Notes under the pieces: generated by a model
Databases searched by the model: none
Told to the model about the DNA's origin: nothing
Seen by the model: only the letters and a program-made list of their open reading frames with translations
Position numbers and translations under genes: made by a program
From: Methanomassiliicoccus sp.
GTDB lineage: Archaea > Thermoplasmatota > Thermoplasmata > Methanomassiliicoccales > Methanomassiliicoccaceae
Reading direction: 5' to 3'
NCBI GenBank assembly: GCA_033485155.1
Contig: JAWQJJ010000010.1
Span: 6,479 to 70,478 of the forward strand
Length of the DNA: 64,000 nucleotides
Shown: positions 51,615 through 59,491 of the stretch, piece after piece
How positions within the stretch are numbered: the first letter of the stretch is position 1
Layout of the letters: every line of letters begins with the position of its first letter

Positions 51615-52372
51615 ACACTTCTCTTCCGCCCATGAGGGCACATGGCGATGCACATGCCACATGCCCCCCGCTCCTTCCTGTTCTCCAGCTCGTGAAGATA
51701 GCTCTGGCAGGCTAGGGCGTCATAGCGAGCTTCCCGCGGCTCAACCTCCCTGAACGCCAGACCCTTGATCGCCTTCGCCGGGCAGGCATCGACGCAGGCG
51801 CGGCAGAAGCCGCATGCCTCACTCAGAGGGGTGCCGGCCGGAAGGGGCGCGTCAGTAAGCACCGAGACCCACCGAACACGGGGGCCGAACTGCGGTGTGA
51901 TCAGCAAGCAACTGCGGCCGATCCACCCCAGGCCAGCCAGATGGGCAGCGAGCTTGTGGGAGAACATGGCGCAGACGCGTTCGTCATCGATGCGCTCGCT
52001 CGCGGGAACGGGCAGCGCTTTGTATCCGGCGGACTGGAGCGTCGAGGCCAGGCGGGAGGCGATATCGTTCAACCGACGGTTCACATACTCGTAGCATTCG
52101 GTCTGGTAGGTCACCGCCACGGCCCTGGTCTCCCGACCCTCCCGCAGCTGGTCGACGATGCTATCCATGAGCCGGATGCCGACGACGACAGCTCTCGGGT
52201 AATCGTCCGCGTCGATGCCGCCCTGCCTCAGCATCTCATCCCGAGCCAGGCTGAGGTCGGCAACACCGTACAGATCCCCGCCCAGGCGTCGGACGAGGCG
52301 GGGCATCTTCTCGTGCAGCTCCATGATGGGCGCATCGACGGGCAAGCAGATAATGCTCTCCTGAGGCTGCAT
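51611..52372 (-). CDS. QueG/reductive-dehalogenase-related 2x[4Fe-4S] protein
   Basis: CGFCRACVDACP and CGMCIAMCP motifs preceded by AAHLAGLGWIGRSCLLITPQFGPRVR. The precise function is not clear in an archaeon. Confidence 0.55.
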   Translation of the reverse strand: MQPQESIICLPVDAPIMELHEKMPRLVRRLGGDLYGVADLSLARDEMLRQGGIDADDYPRAVVVGIRLMDSIVDQLREGRETRAVAVTYQTECYEYVNRRLNDIASRLASTLQSAGYKALPVPASERIDDERVCAMFSHKLAAHLAGLGWIGRSCLLITPQFGPRVRWVSVLTDAPLPAGTPLSEACGFCRACVDACPAKAIKGLAFREVEPREARYDALACQSYLHELENRKERGACGMCIAMCPHGRKRSV

Positions 52373-52438
52373 CAGGTTCCAAGGTCTGGGACGTCATGAA
52401 AACCTTTAATTAGGGGCATCTCTTTGCCAGGTAACACT

Positions 52439-52511
52439 GGGCAGGTAGATCAGCTGGAAGATCGCTACCTTGGCATGGTAGAGGCCGGGGGTTCAAATCC
52501 CCCCCTGTCCA
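52439..52511 (+). tRNA. tRNA-Ala (anticodon GGC)
   Basis: Acceptor GGGCAGG/CCUGUCC with the G3:U70 Ala identity pair, D arm GAUC/GAUC, anticodon arm CUACC-UUGGCAU-GGUAG, T arm GGGGG-UUCAAAU-CCCCC. No encoded CCA. Confidence 0.9.
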
Positions 52512-52662
52512 CTTCTAACAATATCCAGTTTATTCGTATTATGAATCACCGTTGGTTTGAGCGTTGGGTCCGTCTATTGTTTTGTGCCAAATAGCTCGTA
52601 CTTAGCTTTGTATAAAAAAGCCGTCAGCCATTCATATAGACAGATACCTGCCCATGCTCACA

Positions 52663-52884
52663 CTAGCCCAGTAAAAACGCGATAGCTACAATTAGCAGAG
52701 TGATGGCCATGCCGATTCCTATCCAGCGACGAATAGCTCTAGATTCTTTCGCTGAGGGACTGAAAAGATTGTCGTCTGATTTTTGTTGCGAAGCAGTTTG
52801 CTTTTCTATTAGACTTTCATTTAAACTCCGACCATGCATATCCCCATGTATTGGAGGAACCATAGGTGGCGACAAAGAGGACAT
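52663..52884 (-). CDS. hypothetical tail-anchored small protein
   Basis: 73-aa ORF with one C-terminal TM helix (WIGIGMAITLLIVAIAFLLG), in the AT-rich block. Confidence 0.3.
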   Translation of the reverse strand: MSSLSPPMVPPIHGDMHGRSLNESLIEKQTASQQKSDDNLFSPSAKESRAIRRWIGIGMAITLLIVAIAFLLG

Positions 52885-53269
52885 TAATTGAAAATATGCA
52901 TTGAGTCACTTAATGGTATTCCTTTAAATTTGTTAAAGAAAGTGAAGGAGTGCGGGCCATCTCGACGCCCTCTGCCAAGAAATTCGCCCACATCTTTCCA
53001 TTGTAAGAAATCCTGATACTCTGGCCAGTCGATGTTTTGGAGAGTTCTCTTCCTGTCCATGCCCCCATTATATCTTGTCTGTTCACAATCTGAGTCAATA
53101 ACGGTGTTTTGATACCTTCATCTGACTATTCTATGTGTCCTTCAGCCTATGCCTGCACCTCATTTCCATACGATAGTATAGTCCCTGAGTTGGGGGCGAA
53201 ACGGTCCCTGCCTCAGTTGCGCGAACAGGGTCCGGGGTAGACCCATCTCGCCGTTCATGATGGTCGAGG

Positions 53270-53746
53270 TCAGCGTTTGACGGAAGCCTCCCTTTGGAGT
53301 TTATCATGCAGGTAACCAATTGCCATTCCAAGAGCAAGAATCCTCAGAACGTTGAACAATGCACCGATAAGGAAGTAACGCGAGGCATCACCCATCGTGA
53401 GAAAACGTGCAGGACCTTCGAGCAAGATCGTGACGATGATTAGGGCGATCAAGCTGAGCATCACCGATTTCAATATTGGATTCTTCGTTGGAATGTCGTC
53501 AAAAAATCGAAGCAAGAGATAGCTGACAGAGAACCCGATGATCAGGCCACCGATCAAAGACTCAACAATCATGGGGAGATAAGAGATCGAAAGAGCAGCC
53601 CCATATTCGGCGGCAATGGAGGTCCGGGAAATTGCGAAGTTCGTTAACCAGAATGCCGCTGCCCCCACCATGGTCATTTTGTACAACTTTTTGTAGACAT
53701 CCTGTGGCGTTTCCCGTATCCTTGGATCAGCAGCTTGGGATTCCAT
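53270..53746 (-). CDS. hypothetical 4-TM membrane protein
   Basis: 158 aa with four hydrophobic helices. No family recognised. Confidence 0.45.
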   Translation of the reverse strand: MESQAADPRIRETPQDVYKKLYKMTMVGAAAFWLTNFAISRTSIAAEYGAALSISYLPMIVESLIGGLIIGFSVSYLLLRFFDDIPTKNPILKSVMLSLIALIIVTILLEGPARFLTMGDASRYFLIGALFNVLRILALGMAIGYLHDKLQREASVKR

Positions 53747-53752
53747 TGGTGA

Positions 53753-54241
53753 TCAGCCAAAATCGACGATGAGCAAGATCCCCAACAGCCTGGGAAGGAT
53801 GCTCGATCGTTAGACCAGATAGCCGAGAGGAAGCAACCAGGCGCCATAGAATATCTGGGCGATCATGAACCCGTTGGTGTACATATTGATATATAGGAGG
53901 GCCTGGGCCTGCAGCTGATCGACCGGGAACACTGCCAGGTAATCGGCGCCTCCCAACAGTTGCAGGGCTGCGAACAGGTTTAGCATGTTGATTCACTCGA
54001 CCACGATCCCGCCCAGGTTCAACAACAGGAAAAGTAAAGCAAGGTTCCTGTGGATCGGCCTTAATAGCACGAACAGGGCCCAAGCCACCAGGACGAAGAA
54101 CTAGGCCGAAAAGAGTTCGGTCACCAAACCTATGCGAAGCAGAAGTCCATCAGTCGCGACACTATGGGCCGTGGTGGCAGCATCGCCGAACACAATTACG
54201 TAAGAGCGAAGATAATCTGCCAGGACGGTGGTCAAGACCAT
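53753..54241 (-). pseudogene. decayed DUF4386-like membrane protein gene
   Basis: One minus-strand frame reads MVLTTVLADYLRSYVIVFGDAATTAHSVATDGLLLRIGLVTELFSA*FFVLVAWALFVLLRPIHRNLALLFLLLNLGGIVVE*INMLNLFAALQLLGGADYLAVFPVDQLQAQALLYINMYTNGFMIAQIFYGAWLLPLGYLV*RSSILPRLLGILLIVDFG*. It is DUF4386-like throughout but interrupted by TAG, TGA and TAA and lacks the usual C-terminus. Confidence 0.6.
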
Positions 54242-54367
54242 GTGAAATCGTTACCTGAGATCGAGACAAAGATGCTGAATGGAGTGGCCATATGCAATCA
54301 CGACCTACTGTTTTACCATAATGAGCCCCAAAAGACTATTTCTTGACACACTTGTGTCCTTGAGGAC

Positions 54368-55810
54368 ATGGCGACAATTAAGGATGGCAGAGGGCAGGCG
54401 CTTCTGCTTATCGCCATCGTGTTCTTGACAACCATGGATGGGATGGATGCTTCGATAGTGAACATCGCGCTGCCCAGTATCGCGTCCTCGTTCTTTATCG
54501 ACATAAGCACTGCTGCATGGGTATCCTTGACCTATTTCATGATGATGGCAGGGCTGCTTCTGGTATTCGGCCGTCTGGCAGACCGTGGCATTATGAAGAG
54601 GGCACTTTTAGCCGGATTATTCATCTTTACCCTTTTCTCCCTGGTATGTGGTGTGGCGACCACATTCGAGATGCTGATCATAGGTAGGATCTTTCAGGGG
54701 ATAGGCGCGGCCGTCATGGGCGCCTGTGCGCCCCTCTTGTGTGTCAGATACCTTCCTGGGAATAAGCTTGGGCTTGGTATGGGCGCTATTGCTATAGGTG
54801 CATCCATCGGATATGCTTCGGGGCCCACCCTTGGTGGATTCTTAACCCAATATCTCTCCTGGCATTGGATATTCATCATCAATGTGCCGATCGGTGTAGC
54901 TAGCATTTTGTTCCTGACTCGAGCCATACCTAAGGATGAGAGCTATGCCCGATCATATTTCGATTGGCCAGGATCTGGTTTATCCATAATGGGCATCATC
55001 ACGGGCGTGTTCGCGATAGAACGTTCCTCGCAAATGGGGTTTGAGGACGCTCAGATTGTTGCTGCGATCCTCATTTGTGCCCTCTCAACCGGCTTGTTCA
55101 TAATATGGGAGAAAAGATGCAAGGATCCTCTCCTGAACCCGAGGATCTTTCACTCTTGGACATTCAATTCAGTGTTGGTGGCCTATCTGACAATCAACCT
55201 TGTTGGGACCGGAATATGGTATCTGACACCGTTCTACCTCTCACTGGTCATGGGGTTCGATTCTGCCTTAAGCGGGATATTCATGCTGATACCGCCGGCC
55301 GTGACTCTGATGATCAGTGTGCCGATCGGTAGATGGTCCGACCGCTATGGGCGAAGATTATTCAGTGTCATTTCATGCATGGCAATGACCCTCTCCAGCG
55401 GCATTCTGTTCATCATCGATCCGGCGATGGGGACGATTCCCTTGACTATGGCCCTTATCATGATGGGAGTCCTCTGGGGAACCTGCGGTACAGCTGCGAG
55501 CCGCATAGTGGAGAAGATAGAAACTAAGGAGGAAGGGACCGGAGCCGCACTCATAGCTGTTGCGACGTACCTCGGTGCCTCTGTGGGCGCGTCATTCTAT
55601 GCTGCATTCTTCTCGATCTTCAGCGGTGCCGGTAACACGCCATTCACTGATCTAGATATATCTGTGTTCCTGAGAGGCTACCACGGCGTAATGCTGTTGG
55701 GTGTGGCTTTTGCATTATCGGCCGTCGTGCTGTCCGCCAAGGTAAAAGATGGCAGGCACCGTCCCGAACTGGTAAAAACGGTCGATCGGCCGATAGGCGA
55801 TGGAAGCTAG
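54368..55810 (+). CDS. MFS transporter, 14-TMS drug:H+ antiporter (EmrB/QacA-like)
   Basis: Motif A-like GRLADRGIMKRALLAG, about 14 hydrophobic segments, 480 aa. Confidence 0.8.
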   Translation: MATIKDGRGQALLLIAIVFLTTMDGMDASIVNIALPSIASSFFIDISTAAWVSLTYFMMMAGLLLVFGRLADRGIMKRALLAGLFIFTLFSLVCGVATTFEMLIIGRIFQGIGAAVMGACAPLLCVRYLPGNKLGLGMGAIAIGASIGYASGPTLGGFLTQYLSWHWIFIINVPIGVASILFLTRAIPKDESYARSYFDWPGSGLSIMGIITGVFAIERSSQMGFEDAQIVAAILICALSTGLFIIWEKRCKDPLLNPRIFHSWTFNSVLVAYLTINLVGTGIWYLTPFYLSLVMGFDSALSGIFMLIPPAVTLMISVPIGRWSDRYGRRLFSVISCMAMTLSSGILFIIDPAMGTIPLTMALIMMGVLWGTCGTAASRIVEKIETKEEGTGAALIAVATYLGASVGASFYAAFFSIFSGAGNTPFTDLDISVFLRGYHGVMLLGVAFALSAVVLSAKVKDGRHRPELVKTVDRPIGDGS

Positions 55811-56035
55811 AGCTGACTGAGGAATAGTGACCGAGTCAATATCCTCATTATTACATGGATGGCGTAGTGATATAAGGAGATGGGACAACATCCTAATATC
55901 GAGCTTACTTCCCGCGAATGTCGTGTCAATATCTTACGAACATTATTGAAACGGTGAACTGTCTCCACACTGGAATGGCGCTCAAGGACGCTTACTCTTG
56001 TTGCCCATAGATACTCGAATAGGTCGAGGAACAAC

Positions 56036-59000
56036 CTATTCTCTGAACACGTTCGGCGGTACGATGATCTCGAATCGGGCACCCTGGCCCAGCTCACCGA
56101 CCTCCTGAATTTGGGCCCCGGTCAAGCCAAAAATCTCTCGAGCGAGGAACAGTCCCAGCCCGGTGTTCTTGCCATAGCCGAGCTGGAATACTCTCTCCTT
56201 CTCCTCCGCCGCAATGCCGACGCCGTCGTCTTGGCATATGATCTTCAGGTCCGTGCCATCTCTTTCAACCCACAGGCGGATCTCGGTCACCTCTCCCCCG
56301 TGTCGTATCGCGTTGTCCAGGAGGCTGTAGAAAACTTTGACGATCAGGGGATCGGCCAGAACCTGTTCTGAGGGCGGGATGTCGTTGACCAGACGTACCG
56401 CGCCCAAATTTATGCCACCAGCTGCTTTCTGTACCACTTCCCTTATGGTCTGCCACTCCGGATCCGTGTTCCCCAGATTCTCATATGTTTTGGTGAAGGC
56501 GATGATGTCACCCATTCTTTCAGCGTTGGCGGAAATATTCTTCACGCGCGAGTTGCCCGCCAACTCGGGGTGCTCTCTCTCCAAGAGGGCCAGGTTCCCA
56601 TTGATGATGGTCAACAGATTGTTCAGATCATGGCGGGTGATGCTCGACAGCAGGTTCAGCTTCCGGTTGGCCAGCTTCAGCGCGTTGGTCCTCCGTTTTT
56701 TGTCCGTTATATCCCTGACCACGGACGTGGTGATGACGCTGTCTCCGGTCATCAGAGTATGGGCGTTGATCTCCACTGGGACCATGAGGCCATCCTTTCG
56801 GCGGAGCTCGGTCTCGAACCTAGCTCGGCCATGGATCCTCAGGCTCTCCAGGATCTGGTCCAGTGGAGGATCGTGGTACGACGCGGCAATGTCCAGGGGC
56901 CCCATCCCCAAAACCTCGTCTCGCGAGTAACCAAGCATGCGGCAGGCAGAATCATTGATATCTATAAACCGGCCAGGCTCCCCCCGCTCATTGGCTTCAT
57001 GAATGTGGATGCCATCATCGGCATTGGTGAAGACCTCACGGTACTTCGCTTCGCTCTCCCTGAGCCTATCCTCTGCTTCCTTCCGCTCGGTGACGTCCCT
57101 GCCGATGGCGATCAACACCCTTCTGCCCTTCTGATCGTAGGCGTTCGAGGTTATCTCTACTGGGAACACGGTCCCGTCCCTGCGACGGTGATATCTTACG
57201 GGGATCACTTCCTGAGCCGCCGTTACCACCGAAGGGGCCTTTTCCGGCTCCGCCGACAGGTCGGTATTCTGCATCCTAACGAGTTCATCGTGGCTGAAGC
57301 CATAGGTTCTGACGGCGGCCGGGTTCACGTCCAGTATGCCCCCGGTCTCCGCGTCCATCTGAAATATGGGGTCCGGTATGGCCTCGAAGAGGGCGCGATA
57401 TCTGTCATCGCTTTCCTTCAGGTCTCTCTCCAACCGCAACCGTTCGTTCAGGTTCAGTATCGAACCCGTGATGAAGCCCAGATCCCGACCCTTATCGTCC
57501 TCGACCCGGGACAGGCACATCTCTCCCATTATGCTGCTGCCATCTCTCCGAGCGAACTCCGCCTGGGAATACCAGTGACCGGTTCGAGCGATCGATTCAT
57601 AGGCTTCCGTCCTCTTCTCATCGGACAGGATCAGGAAGTCCCTGACCTTGTGCCCAACCAACTCTTCCTTTGAGCTCACCTTTACCAGGTCCATGAATGT
57701 CTGGTTGGCATAGGCCAATATCGCTTCATCGTCTATGATGAAGTTGGCGTTCAGCGAGGAGTCCATCGCGTGCTTGAAGAGAAGGCTCGATTCCTTCACC
57801 TTCTTGTGGGCGTTGATGACCTCGGCATAGAGTATGATGCCCCCTACGACATCTTCTGCATCATACCAAGGGCGGCATTCCCATCTCGTCCAGGTGATGG
57901 AGCCGTCGCTCCTTTGATACGGATCGTCCTCCGCGCTCAGCACCTCGCCGGCCAAGGCACGCTGGTGGACGTCCCTGAACCTTTGCGGAAGATCCGGGAA
58001 GACCTCATAGTGGTGCCGTCCGATAACATCCTCGCTCGATACGTTATACTCCTCGAAGAAGCGTTTGCTGGCATAGAGGTATCTCAAGTCCCTATCCAGA
58101 ACGGCTATGCCGCTACGGCTATGCTCAACGATGTTCTTCATCAGATCATTGGACCATAGCAACCGTAGCTCCGCCTTCTTGCGATCGGTTATGTCCTGGT
58201 CCGAGCCGATCACGATAAGAGGCTTTCCCTCCTCATCGAACCTGGCTATCTCTCCGAATACATTCAGCACGCGGACCGATCCGGCTGTCGTGACTATCCG
58301 GAAGTCGAAATTAATGGGCGAATTGCCTAACATTATTTTGTCGATCTCCCGTTTGACCAGCTCGCGATCGTCAGGGTGAATATATCTGTAAAAAGCATCC
58401 ATGGTCGGGGTGAATCGCTGCCTGTCCTCGCCGAAGATACGGTACATTTCATCGGACCATGACAGCTCCCCGGTCCTGAAATTCCACTCCCAGCTCCCGA
58501 TGTGCGCGATCCGCTGGGCATCTGCCAGGTTCTTCTCGCTCCTCTTGAGCCGCTCAACCGATTCTTTTTTCTCGGTGATGTCTCGCACCGCCACGACCGC
58601 CCCTACTATCGCTCCCACCTCGTCGCGTATTGGGCCAAAGCTGTAACTTCCCCACCAGCTCTCCCCAGTGTCCTTCCTTTGCAGCCTATACTCGACGCCG
58701 GTGGCGGTCTCCCCCCGCAACGCCCGAGGGACCGACCTCTGGTCTGCAACGACAGGAGTGCCGTCCGGTAAGAAGACTTCATTGCGATCCAGGCACTGTG
58801 ACAACCTCTTGAACGCCTCTTTCTTGTCCTTCAATCGATGAAACCGGACGAAAGCTTCATTGACCTCGACGATCCCGCCCTGGGGATCTGCTATGAGGAC
58901 CGCATCGGTCATGCTGTGGAGGGCGGCGTTGAGCTTGGCATTGGATGTCAAAGCGCTCTCTTCGGCCCTGCGCCTCCTCACCGCCTCTTTGATCTTGTAC

Positions 59001-59344
59001 TCAAGCTCAACGAACTGAGCGGTCGGCTCCCCTCCCTTCTGCAGGTAGAAGTCAGCCCCTTCGTTCAAGGCCTCGATAACGACCTGTTCGCGCCCTTTGC
59101 CAGTGAACAGGATGAACGGCATCTTGTTATTGCGGCGGCGCAGCAACTTAAGGAAGTCGATGCCGTTCATCACCGGCATCTGATAATCTGAGATAACAGC
59201 ATCGTATGATGTCGAGGCCATCATCATCTCGGCCCCCTCGGCCGAGTTTATAGTGTCGACCGATAGGTCACCCGACATCTCTAGAAACGCCTTTCCGATC
59301 TCGAGCAACGCCTCTTCATCATCAACATATAGAACCCGAATCAT
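56036..59344 (-). CDS. hybrid sensor: N-terminal receiver + multiple PAS domains + histidine kinase
   Basis: Receiver (VLYVDDEEALL...AVISDYQMPVMNG...FILFTGKG), at least five PAS-like segments, H-box SSITRHDLNNLL, and ATPase N/G boxes (LLDNAIRHG, DDGVGI, GYGKNTGLGLFL). Confidence 0.85.
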   Translation of the reverse strand: MIRVLYVDDEEALLEIGKAFLEMSGDLSVDTINSAEGAEMMMASTSYDAVISDYQMPVMNGIDFLKLLRRRNNKMPFILFTGKGREQVVIEALNEGADFYLQKGGEPTAQFVELEYKIKEAVRRRRAEESALTSNAKLNAALHSMTDAVLIADPQGGIVEVNEAFVRFHRLKDKKEAFKRLSQCLDRNEVFLPDGTPVVADQRSVPRALRGETATGVEYRLQRKDTGESWWGSYSFGPIRDEVGAIVGAVVAVRDITEKKESVERLKRSEKNLADAQRIAHIGSWEWNFRTGELSWSDEMYRIFGEDRQRFTPTMDAFYRYIHPDDRELVKREIDKIMLGNSPINFDFRIVTTAGSVRVLNVFGEIARFDEEGKPLIVIGSDQDITDRKKAELRLLWSNDLMKNIVEHSRSGIAVLDRDLRYLYASKRFFEEYNVSSEDVIGRHHYEVFPDLPQRFRDVHQRALAGEVLSAEDDPYQRSDGSITWTRWECRPWYDAEDVVGGIILYAEVINAHKKVKESSLLFKHAMDSSLNANFIIDDEAILAYANQTFMDLVKVSSKEELVGHKVRDFLILSDEKRTEAYESIARTGHWYSQAEFARRDGSSIMGEMCLSRVEDDKGRDLGFITGSILNLNERLRLERDLKESDDRYRALFEAIPDPIFQMDAETGGILDVNPAAVRTYGFSHDELVRMQNTDLSAEPEKAPSVVTAAQEVIPVRYHRRRDGTVFPVEITSNAYDQKGRRVLIAIGRDVTERKEAEDRLRESEAKYREVFTNADDGIHIHEANERGEPGRFIDINDSACRMLGYSRDEVLGMGPLDIAASYHDPPLDQILESLRIHGRARFETELRRKDGLMVPVEINAHTLMTGDSVITTSVVRDITDKKRRTNALKLANRKLNLLSSITRHDLNNLLTIINGNLALLEREHPELAGNSRVKNISANAERMGDIIAFTKTYENLGNTDPEWQTIREVVQKAAGGINLGAVRLVNDIPPSEQVLADPLIVKVFYSLLDNAIRHGGEVTEIRLWVERDGTDLKIICQDDGVGIAAEEKERVFQLGYGKNTGLGLFLAREIFGLTGAQIQEVGELGQGARFEIIVPPNVFRE

Positions 59345-59440
59345 CCTGGCTCAAATGATTTTTCATCGTTCTTGCCTACTTATATTTGCTCTTGAGAAAT
59401 ATCTTCAACGATAATGATTCAAAACAAGACTTATTATAGC

Positions 59441-59480
59441 AAATGAAAAAAGAGAAGTGGTGCGGCCCAGGGGCCGCACC
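59441..59480 (-). terminator. intrinsic-terminator-like hairpin plus T6 run after the MMPL gene
   Basis: A perfect 9-bp stem GGUGCGGCC-(4 nt)-GGCCGCACC at 59459-59480, followed on the minus strand by CUUCUCUUUUUUCAUUU. It starts 12 nt after the stop codon. Confidence 0.6.
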
Positions 59481-59491
59481 AGTGGAGGATC

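Noticed and set aside
52910-53098. 62-aa ORF and surrounding short ORFs in the AT-rich stretch after tRNA-Ala as integrase or transposase remnants
   Set aside because: I could not recognise any integrase, transposase or other family motif in any frame. Reported only collectively as debris in the island finding.
54101-54103. In-frame TAG in the DUF4386-like frame as a pyrrolysine codon
   Set aside because: The same frame is also broken by TGA and TAA. In addition, TAG is used as an ordinary stop by several confident genes in this window (e.g. purF, pdaD, the PP-loop fusion, the TrmO-like gene). Decay is the simpler explanation.
55807-56097. 96-aa minus-strand ORF between the MFS and kinase genes
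   Set aside because: It overlaps both convergent gene ends, with no motif and low-complexity or odd composition.
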